Part shown: one piece after another, positions 25,894 to 32,753 of the stretch
Position numbering within the stretch: position 1 is the stretch's first letter
Layout of the letters: each line of letters begins with the position of its first letter
From: Myxococcota bacterium
Lineage (GTDB): Bacteria > Myxococcota_A > UBA796 > CAJQPC01
DNA length: 32,753 nt
NCBI GenBank assembly: GCA_036012755.1
Contig: DASCPX010000125.1
Coordinates: 1 to 32,753 of the forward strand
Direction of reading: 5' to 3'
Made by a program: the position numbers and the translations under genes
Notes under the pieces: model-generated
What the model saw: the letters and a program-made list of their open reading frames with translations, nothing else
What the model was told of the DNA's origin: nothing
The model's database searches: none

Positions 25894-26709
25894 ATGCCCG
25901 ACTCGCAATACCGTCGCCTGCCCCGCCCCGGCGAGACCCTGGACCACCGCTACGGCGACAACGTCCACATCCTCAGCCAGCCCTACCCGATGTCGCTGTT
26001 GACGGAGCTGTGCCACCCGCACACGGTCCAGCCTCGCTTCAACCAGATCCTGGAGACCCTCTACGACTGGCTGCTCACCGCCGTGTGCTCCCGAGAGCTC
26101 GCCACGGCCCAGGTCGACTGGCCGACACGCATGGAGCAGTTCAACCCGGAGGGGCGCTACGCCGGCGAGGTCATCGACCGCGCGCAGTCCGTCGTCGTCG
26201 CCAGCATCGCCCGCGGCGGCGTGCTGCCCGGGGCCCGCTGGTTCTCTGGCCTGAACTACCTCCTCGACCCGACAGGGGTGCGACAGGACCACATCTTCAT
26301 GGAGCGCGCCACCGACGAGCACGGACGCGTCATCGGCGTCGACGTCAGCGGGAGCAAGCTGGGCGGACCGGTCGAAGGAGCGACCGTCTTCATCCCCGAT
26401 CCGATGGGAGCGACCGGTGGATCGATCGTCGAGACGATGCGCATCTACTCCGACCAGGTCGCGGGGACCCCGAAGCGCCTGGTCTCGATTCACCTGATCG
26501 TCACCCCTGAGTTCCTGAGACGGGTGATGACCGAGTTCCCGGAAGCTCACGTCTACACAATCCGCCTGGATCGTGGGCTCTCGGCGCCGGTGGTCCTCGC
26601 CGAGGTCCCCGGCGCCCGCTGGGACGAGGAGCGAGGCCTGAACGAGAACCAGTACATCGTCCCTGGCGCAGGCGGCCTCGGGGAGCTGATGAACAACGCC
26701 TGGGTGTAG
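25894..26709 (+). CDS. upp: Uracil phosphoribosyltransferase (divergent type)
   Basis: PRPP loop IPDPMGATGGS; C-terminal GLNENQYIVPGAGGLGE; clustered with hpt. Confidence 0.85.
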   Translation: MPDSQYRRLPRPGETLDHRYGDNVHILSQPYPMSLLTELCHPHTVQPRFNQILETLYDWLLTAVCSRELATAQVDWPTRMEQFNPEGRYAGEVIDRAQSVVVASIARGGVLPGARWFSGLNYLLDPTGVRQDHIFMERATDEHGRVIGVDVSGSKLGGPVEGATVFIPDPMGATGGSIVETMRIYSDQVAGTPKRLVSIHLIVTPEFLRRVMTEFPEAHVYTIRLDRGLSAPVVLAEVPGARWDEERGLNENQYIVPGAGGLGELMNNAWV

Positions 26710-26712
26710 AGA

Positions 26713-27246
26713 ATGATCGCGACCACCGACCCGCGGCTCGACACGCTGATCGACGCCGACGCCATCGCCGCTCGCGTGGAAGAGCTCGGCAGGGGGATCC
26801 GCGAGCACTACGGAGAGGCGCCCATCACGATCATCGGTGTGCTCAAGGGCAGCTTCGTCTTCATGGCCGATCTGGCCCGCGCGATGGGCGGCGACGTGAA
26901 GATCGAGTTCCTTGGAGTCAGCAGCTACCACGGCGGGACTCGCAGCACGGGGGTCGTCCGCATCACCCAGGACCTGCGTCATCCCATCGAGGGCCAGCAC
27001 TGCCTCGTCGTCGAGGACATCGTCGATACCGGCCTGACGATGGACTACCTGCTCCGCATGCTGCAGGTCCGAGGCCCGAAGTCGCTGAAGGTCGTGACCC
27101 TCCTCGACAAGCCGGGGAACCGGGAGATCGAGGTCGACGTCGACTTCGTGGGCTTCACCATCCCCGACGAGTTCGTCGTGGGCTACGGGCTCGATCTGGG
27201 CGAGCTCTACCGGAACCTGCCCTTCATCGCGGTCTACAGCCCATGA
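26713..27246 (+). CDS. hpt: Hypoxanthine phosphoribosyltransferase
   Basis: GVLKGSFVFMADL, VSSY, LVVEDIVDTGLT, LLDKP, FVVGYGLD, YRNLPFI. Confidence 0.97.
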   Translation: MIATTDPRLDTLIDADAIAARVEELGRGIREHYGEAPITIIGVLKGSFVFMADLARAMGGDVKIEFLGVSSYHGGTRSTGVVRITQDLRHPIEGQHCLVVEDIVDTGLTMDYLLRMLQVRGPKSLKVVTLLDKPGNREIEVDVDFVGFTIPDEFVVGYGLDLGELYRNLPFIAVYSP

Positions 27247-27626
27247 GGGTCGTGAGCACGGATCAGGCGCCGGCGGCGATCGGGCCCTACAGCCAGGCCA
27301 TCGTGCATGGCGACCTCGTCTACTGCTCCGGCCAGGTGGCCATCGTGCCCTCGACCGGCGAGCTGCTCCAGACCTCGGACGTGCAGGAGGAGGCCCGCCA
27401 GGTGCTCGCGAACCTCGCCGCCGTGCTGGAGGCTGCCGGCACGGACCTGCAGCACTGCCTGAAGGTGACGGTGTTCCTGAAGGACATGGACGACTTCGGG
27501 GCGGTGAACGCCGTCTACGCAGAGGCCTTCGGCGCCCACAAGCCGGCGCGGGCCTGCGTCGAGGTGGCGAGGCTGCCCAAGGACGTGCGGGTGGAGATCG
27601 ACGCGGTCGCGACGACGACCGGGTAG
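27243..27626 (+). CDS. ridA: RidA/YjgF-family enamine/imine deaminase
   Basis: APAAIGPYSQA, SGQ, KVTVFLKDMDDF, PARACVEVARLPKDVRVEIDAVA. Confidence 0.95.
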   Translation: MRVVSTDQAPAAIGPYSQAIVHGDLVYCSGQVAIVPSTGELLQTSDVQEEARQVLANLAAVLEAAGTDLQHCLKVTVFLKDMDDFGAVNAVYAEAFGAHKPARACVEVARLPKDVRVEIDAVATTTG

Positions 27627-27632
27627 CCGGGG

Positions 27633-28838
27633 TCAGCGTCGGCGGCGGCGGCGCCCCGAGCCCCCGCCGTTTTCGGAAAGGCTGCCTTCGAACTCCCGCA
27701 CGATCCCCATGATCTCCTCGCCGTAGCGCTCGATCTGCCAGTTGCGGAGCTCCTCGACCTGCCGCAGCTCCTCCAGGCTGACTGGACGAAAACCCGCGAT
27801 GGCCTTGAGCTGGCTGTTGCTTCCGACCATCGAGAGCGGGAGATCGCCCTTCCTCATGCGCTTCTGGCGCCAGCCCTTCAGCACGGTGAGCAGCCGGTCC
27901 GTCTCACGCGAGCCATAGCGAGGCTTCGTGCCCACGCGGACCTTCTTGGGAGCCGAGGGGAGCGGCTCCTCGTCAGCCAGTCCGACGACGACGGCATCGA
28001 GCATGGACTGGCCGTGGCGGCGGAACATCGAGGACTTTGCTCGGATGAGCTTTGCGAGCCCGTCCAGATCACCTGGTCGCTTTGCGGCGATCGCTACGAG
28101 CACCTGGTTCGGGAAGACCTTGTAGGCGGGCCGGTCGAGCTCGCAAGCCCGATCGTCACGGAGCGTCCACAGGGCGCGGAGCACCCGCAGCCCGGTCTCG
28201 TCGAGGCGACTGGAGCCCTTCGTGCGCAAGAACGCAGCCGGGTCGTCCGTGGCACCGCCCCACACCCGCGACTCGAGCGCCTGGAACTCCTCCAGCGCCA
28301 CGTCCATGCGACCAGCCCGCTCCAGCTTGAGCTTCAGGAGCTCCCGCAGCGCCAGCAGGTAGTGGGTGTCACCCCGCGCGTAGAACAGGTGCTCCGGCTC
28401 GAGCGGACGCCGGGCCCAGTCATGGGTCTGGTACTTCTTGTCCATGTCCGCGCCGAAGGCGTTGGCGCACAGGTCGGCGAGACCGACCTTCGGAAGATCG
28501 AGGAGCTGGGCCGCGATCATCGTGTCGAAGAGGTTCGTGATCGTCCAGCCGAAGTCCCGCTTGAGCGACACGACGTCGTAGTCCGCGCCGTGGAAGATCT
28601 TCACGCGGTCGCCGTCGGACATCAGCGTGCCGAGGGGGGCGAGGTCGAAGCCGGCGAGCGGATCGACGATGTAGTCCCGGCGCCTGTCGGAGATCTGGAT
28701 CAGGCAGACCTTCTCCCGGTAGCTGTGCATCGAGTCCGACTCGGTGTCGATGCCCAGGACCGGCTCGTCGGCGACCCTCTCCAACAGATCCGCCAGCCCC
28801 TCCGCGTCCTCGACCATCTGCAGGGGGGTGTCGTCCAC
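27633..28838 (-). CDS. rnd: Ribonuclease D (DEDD exonuclease with two HRDC domains)
   Basis: IDTE, CLIQIS, KIFHGADYD, FDTMIAA, DWARRPL, YARGD; HRDC-like regions; basic tail. Confidence 0.93.
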   Translation of the reverse strand: MDDTPLQMVEDAEGLADLLERVADEPVLGIDTESDSMHSYREKVCLIQISDRRRDYIVDPLAGFDLAPLGTLMSDGDRVKIFHGADYDVVSLKRDFGWTITNLFDTMIAAQLLDLPKVGLADLCANAFGADMDKKYQTHDWARRPLEPEHLFYARGDTHYLLALRELLKLKLERAGRMDVALEEFQALESRVWGGATDDPAAFLRTKGSSRLDETGLRVLRALWTLRDDRACELDRPAYKVFPNQVLVAIAAKRPGDLDGLAKLIRAKSSMFRRHGQSMLDAVVVGLADEEPLPSAPKKVRVGTKPRYGSRETDRLLTVLKGWRQKRMRKGDLPLSMVGSNSQLKAIAGFRPVSLEELRQVEELRNWQIERYGEEIMGIVREFEGSLSENGGGSGRRRRRR

Positions 28839-28844
28839 GCCCGG

Positions 28845-28850
28845 ACGCTA
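28845..28850 (-). promoter_or_regulatory. -10 box (TAGCGT) for a putative leaderless rnd transcript
   Basis: Minus-strand TAGCGT is 6 nt before GTG 28838. No SD sequence. Confidence 0.5.
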
Positions 28851-28968
28851 ACGGACGCCCCCTGCGATATCAAACGGGGCCAGGCCTCGACCATCACTTC
28901 GCCGGACCGCCCGGTGATGGGCCGCCGGGTCGAAGAGGCGCCCGGACCGGGGCTAAGATGGAGCCTGC

Positions 28969-30816
28969 TTGAAGCAGCCCGGCGACGTCATCGGCAGATT
29001 CCAGGTGGAGCGACTCCTCGGAGAGGGGGGCATCGCCCAGGTGTATGCCGTGCGCCACCGCCAACTGGGCACCTTGCACGCGCTGAAGCTGCTGACGATC
29101 CAGCGAGGAGGTCTGGCCGCGCGGCTCTTGCAGGAGGGGCGAATCCAGGCCCAACTCCGCCACCCCCATGTCGTCGCCGTCACGGATGTCGTCGAGCACG
29201 AAGGCCAGATCGGGCTCGTCATGGAGTACATCCAGGGCTTCAGCCTCGACGCCTGCCTGAAGGAGGGTGGCGCGATGCCGGCGGTGGACGCGCTGGAGCT
29301 CTTCGGCCAGGTCACCGCGGGTGTCGGCGCAGCACACGAAGCCGGGGTCCTCCACCGTGATTTGAAGCCCGGCAACATCCTGCTCACGACCGTGGGGAAC
29401 AAGGTCATCGCCAAGGTCGCGGACTTCGGCATCGCGAAGATCGCCACGGAGGGCATGCAGCGCGACGCGATGACGATGAGCGGCACGGCGATGGGCACCC
29501 CCGGGTACATGGCGCCCGAACAGATCACCGACTCGGCGACCGTCGACGCACGCGCCGACATCTTCGCCCTGGGCACCATCCTGTACGAGATGCTCAGCGG
29601 GACCCGGGCCTTTGGTCGCGGCGACGTGCTGGGGATCATGAACCGCACGGCGGCGGGTGACTACACCCCCTTGGCGGCGATGCTGCCGAGCCTCCCGGCG
29701 AGGATCTCGGCGGCCGTCGACGTGGCGCTGTCGGCCCATCCCTCGCAGCGCTTCTCGACCTGTAGTGCCTTCGCGGAGGCTCTCGGCGTCGATATCCAAG
29801 CAGCCGAGCCGGCGCTGTTGACCCAGCTCCCCAGCATCCCGCCCACGGAGGCACCCAACCCGACGCTGATGCCCTCGCCGACGGAAGCGCCGCGCGAGGA
29901 TCCCTACCGCGACACGTGGTTTCCAGAGGAACTCCCGCAGGGCGACCTGGTGGCCCCGTCCTCGACGCCGCCGCCCCCGATGACGGCCCCACCGCCTACG
30001 CCGCACGCGGACCTTCACACACCCGTCGGCACCATCGACCCGGAGGTGCCCACCGAGCTCGCGACGGACCCGCCGACCGAAGAGGAGCTCAACTCCCGCT
30101 TCGGGCTGGACGACGAAGGCGTCCAGATCGACGGAGCCCTGCCCCCGCACCGCTTCCAGCGCGCGAAGCCACCTCCGCCGTCCAACCCGACTCCGCTTCC
30201 AGCAGAGCAGACGGAGGAGCGCGACGTCCCCGAACACGAGCGGCCCGGGATGCACGTCGACGCCGGCGAGGCCGGTCAGCTGGTCTACGAGCTGGTCTGG
30301 CCGCTGCTCAGGGCGCTCTACAACACCGGCCGCTACCTCGCCTTCCCGGTGATCGGCGTCCTGGTGGCTGGCCTGCTCACGGCCCAGATGGGCCAGTCGG
30401 AGCTCGCCGACATCCAGGCCGAGGTCGAGATCAGCGCGACGCAGCTCTCCCACGCAATCGAGGGCACGATGCCGCTCTACAGCGAGCTCCTCACGATGGG
30501 GGCGAGAGAGCCCGTGCTGACCCCCTTCCTCGACCGCTACCAGCGCGGCGAGGACGAACTGACGCGCTACGGCGCAGCACTGGATCTCTGTGACGCGATG
30601 CTGCAGGAGCTCCGCGTGCTGCCCACGATGGAGGACACCGCTCAGATCCAGCGCCGCCGCGAGGTCGAGGTGCAGCTGAACCACATGCGCTCGCAGTACG
30701 AAGCATGGAGTCAGAACCTGGCCGCGTGGCAGGACTCAGCCGGCGGCATGAAGGGCACGCTCGCGATCCGCACCGGCCTGGCGACCGCCCCTCCCGGTTG
30801 GGAGGATCCGAGCTAG
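28969..30816 (+). CDS. Hanks-type Ser/Thr protein kinase with a Pro-rich linker, TM helix and extracytoplasmic helical domain
   Basis: GEGGIAQV, ALK, HRDLKPGN, DFG, GTPGYMAPEQ, DIFALG; TM segment YLAFPVIGVLVAGLL. Confidence 0.93.
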   Translation: MKQPGDVIGRFQVERLLGEGGIAQVYAVRHRQLGTLHALKLLTIQRGGLAARLLQEGRIQAQLRHPHVVAVTDVVEHEGQIGLVMEYIQGFSLDACLKEGGAMPAVDALELFGQVTAGVGAAHEAGVLHRDLKPGNILLTTVGNKVIAKVADFGIAKIATEGMQRDAMTMSGTAMGTPGYMAPEQITDSATVDARADIFALGTILYEMLSGTRAFGRGDVLGIMNRTAAGDYTPLAAMLPSLPARISAAVDVALSAHPSQRFSTCSAFAEALGVDIQAAEPALLTQLPSIPPTEAPNPTLMPSPTEAPREDPYRDTWFPEELPQGDLVAPSSTPPPPMTAPPPTPHADLHTPVGTIDPEVPTELATDPPTEEELNSRFGLDDEGVQIDGALPPHRFQRAKPPPPSNPTPLPAEQTEERDVPEHERPGMHVDAGEAGQLVYELVWPLLRALYNTGRYLAFPVIGVLVAGLLTAQMGQSELADIQAEVEISATQLSHAIEGTMPLYSELLTMGAREPVLTPFLDRYQRGEDELTRYGAALDLCDAMLQELRVLPTMEDTAQIQRRREVEVQLNHMRSQYEAWSQNLAAWQDSAGGMKGTLAIRTGLATAPPGWEDPS

Positions 30817-31292
30817 CAGTTGTCGTCGCCGACGATGCTGAGCTCGAAGACCTCGGACTTGTTGCCCGCGGAGTCCTTGACCGTGGTCGACACCTCGTAG
30901 TCGTCGTTGTCGATGTCGAAGCCGAGGTAGAGGTCGCCGATGTCGCAGCCGCGATCCTCCTCGTCGAGGATCCGAGCGTCGTTGGAGCCTATGTCCCAGG
31001 TCTGCCCGTCGCCCAGGCCCTCGAACTCGACCCAGACCCGACCGCCGTCGAGGTCATCGTTGCGGTCCCGGTACTCGTAGCAGAGGTTCAAGAGGCAGCC
31101 CGTCTGGGAGTTCGGCAGGTCCTCGTAGGCGTAGGCCACCTCGTCGATGACCGGAGTGTCGTCAGGCGGGTCGTCGTTGGTCCCGGTGTCCCCGGTCTCG
31201 TCCGGGTTGTCCCGGTTCGCGCTGTTCCCTCCGCCATAGAAGCCAGGGTCCCCGAGTTCACATGCGAACAGTGCGAGGGCGAGTGCGGTCAT
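30813..31292 (-). CDS. Small acidic hypothetical lipoprotein (Ig-like)
   Basis: Start re-assigned to ATG 31292 (GGAGG 6 nt upstream, TACACT further upstream). MTALALALFAC; DTG-rich linker; DSAGNKS motif typical of Ig-like domain ends. Confidence 0.78.
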   Translation of the reverse strand: MTALALALFACELGDPGFYGGGNSANRDNPDETGDTGTNDDPPDDTPVIDEVAYAYEDLPNSQTGCLLNLCYEYRDRNDDLDGGRVWVEFEGLGDGQTWDIGSNDARILDEEDRGCDIGDLYLGFDIDNDDYEVSTTVKDSAGNKSEVFELSIVGDDNC

Positions 31293-31372
31293 GGGTGTCC
31301 TCCGCTGCCGAGACGGGCAGTGTACCCGAGGCTCCCATAGGAGGTATCGTCGCCGTTCCAAGGGAGAACGGC

Positions 31373-32753
31373 ATGTCGACCCCCGACGACAAGAGCGAAG
31401 GTCAGGACAAGAAGCGACCTGTCATAGAGATCGGCGACGAGTACGACCGCGATCCGATGCTCGAGAGCGACACAGACCACCCGTCGATCGGAGACCTCCC
31501 CTCGCCGCGACCGCTGGCCGCGGCCATCGATGCTCCCGCTCCCAAGGTCGAGCTGACCGAAGAGGCCCAGAAGCCCGCTGGTGACGGGATCAGGGTGGTC
31601 GCGGACCTCGGCAGCTCCCGCCCGGATGTCGACCGGGTGGTGCGCCTGCTGGACACCGTCGGCATGCTGGACCCGCTCGGCAGCGAGCTCAAGGTCAAGC
31701 TGGCGCCCCGGCTGAAGGTCCTGGACGCCTCTCCTGGCGAGGTCGTCGTCCACGAAGGGGATCCCGGAAACGCGATGTACCTCATCGCCAGCGGAATGGT
31801 CAGCGTCTACCGCTCCGACCGGGATCTCGGCGTCACCGTCGAGCTCACCAAGCTGGGCAGCGGCGACAACTTCGGCGAGATGTCGCTCATCACCGGAGAC
31901 CCGCGAAGCGCGAACGTCGCCGCGATCGAACAGACCCGCCTCCTGGTGATCGACACCGTGATCTTCGAGCGCCTGGTCAAGGCGGTCCCGCAGGTCGGGC
32001 TCAAGATCGCAGCTCGCCTCGCTCACCGCATCGACGAGCTGAACCAGGCCCGCGGTGTCAAGTTCGACACCCTCGAGGGCCGCAGCTTCGACGAGCGGCT
32101 CCTGCAGCTGGTCCCCGTTGCGACCATCCGGCGCCTCAAGATGGTCCCGATCGAGGAGAAGCGCGGCGTGGTCGAGGTGGCGACACCGCAGCCCCACAAC
32201 CGGGCCGGGCTGCTCGAGATCCGGCGCCTGCTCAGGGGGATGCAGGTCCGCCTCATCGCCGTCTCGCTGCGGGACTACGCCGACTTCATGCGCGCCCACG
32301 TCGAGAAGGTCGAGTCCATGGACACCCGGTCGCGCCTGGGCTTCCGGAAGCGCATCCAGGAGCGAGCCAACCGCATCGCCTACGACGGGGTCACGGCGCA
32401 AGCAACGGGCAGGGGCTCGGCCGTGCCAGCCACGCAGACATCCTCGCGCGAGGTGTCCAAGCTGATCGACCAGATGGTAGTGGAAGCCATCGACCGGGAC
32501 GCTTCGGACGTGATCATCGAGCCTACCCGGGAAGCGCTGCGCATCCGCTTCCGCGTCGATGGACGGCTGCAGGACCGGGACGGCAAGACCGGGCTGGGCC
32601 TCCACGCCCCCTTCATGTCACGCCTCAAGGTGCTCGCGGGCATGGACATCACCGAGCGTCGCCTGCCCCAGGACGGCCGGATCTCGCTGAAGATCGACAA
32701 GGAGACCTACGCCCTCCGCCTGGCCACGGTCAACACCCGCTGGGGCGAGAAGG
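31373..32753 (+). CDS. GspE/PilB-family secretion or pilus ATPase with an N-terminal cyclic-nucleotide-binding domain (3'-partial)
   Basis: Open frame from ATG 31373 (GGAG upstream) to the window end. cNMP domain VVHEGDPGNAMYLIASG...FGEMSLITGDPRSANV; then ASDVIIEP, IRFRVDG, SRLKVLAGMDITERRLPQDGRI, GEK. Not in the ORF track. Confidence 0.92.
   Translation, partial: MSTPDDKSEGQDKKRPVIEIGDEYDRDPMLESDTDHPSIGDLPSPRPLAAAIDAPAPKVELTEEAQKPAGDGIRVVADLGSSRPDVDRVVRLLDTVGMLDPLGSELKVKLAPRLKVLDASPGEVVVHEGDPGNAMYLIASGMVSVYRSDRDLGVTVELTKLGSGDNFGEMSLITGDPRSANVAAIEQTRLLVIDTVIFERLVKAVPQVGLKIAARLAHRIDELNQARGVKFDTLEGRSFDERLLQLVPVATIRRLKMVPIEEKRGVVEVATPQPHNRAGLLEIRRLLRGMQVRLIAVSLRDYADFMRAHVEKVESMDTRSRLGFRKRIQERANRIAYDGVTAQATGRGSAVPATQTSSREVSKLIDQMVVEAIDRDASDVIIEPTREALRIRFRVDGRLQDRDGKTGLGLHAPFMSRLKVLAGMDITERRLPQDGRISLKIDKETYALRLATVNTRWGEK

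Noticed and set aside
7813..30684. Long alternative-frame or antisense ORFs (e.g. 7813-10125, 11281-13263, 18350-19762, 19902-21632, 23959-25635, 28894-30684, and the 5' parts of 21416-23335 and 23590-25872)
   Set aside because: Shadow ORFs typical of ~70% GC DNA. They overlap well-supported genes, have Arg/Gly/Pro- or Val/Leu-skewed composition and show no motifs.
31289..32605. 438-aa minus-strand ORF as the gene at the right end
   Set aside because: It is the antisense shadow of the plus-strand cNMP-GspE/PilB gene starting at 31373.
1..32753. tRNA, rRNA, prophage or recognisable anti-phage defence genes
   Set aside because: None seen by eye. The helicase is a housekeeping-type HelY/Ski2. 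A covariance-model scan would be needed to exclude small RNAs.

Overview
High-GC (~70%) bacterial chromosomal window. The gene set (MXAN_5808-type S41 protease, MJ0042-type Zn ribbon, Ser/Thr kinase, GspE/PilB ATPase) suggests a Myxococcota-like organism; this is an inference. The left 2.6 kb is a disturbed accessory patch. It holds a 5'-truncated IS3 transposase fragment, a receiver-domain gene frameshifted by a perfect 14-bp tandem duplication, a hybrid REC-histidine kinase, a probable IS256 3' remnant and an 825-bp intergenic stretch of palindromic repeats (3x51 bp, 2x34 bp, two lone hairpins). Next come an envelope cluster (SGNH hydrolase, two beta-propeller lipoproteins, a helical lipoprotein, an FGE-fold lipoprotein, a porin), a HelY/Ski2-like helicase, phoBR and an operon with two Cys-rich paralogous lipoproteins. 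An S41 protease lies divergent from a Zn-ribbon-fused PBP1A gene run (IPT lipoprotein, beta-barrel, lipoprotein, upp, hpt, ridA). The window ends with rnd, a Ser/Thr kinase, a lipoprotein and a cNMP-binding-domain-fused GspE/PilB ATPase that runs off the right edge and is absent from the ORF track. The most striking window-wide pattern is ten predicted lipoproteins with ultra-short signal peptides (Cys at position 7-11, no basic n-region). Several appear to be translated from leaderless mRNAs, including a pair driven by two overlapping, opposite -10 boxes. All calls were made by eye from motifs; no database search was run.
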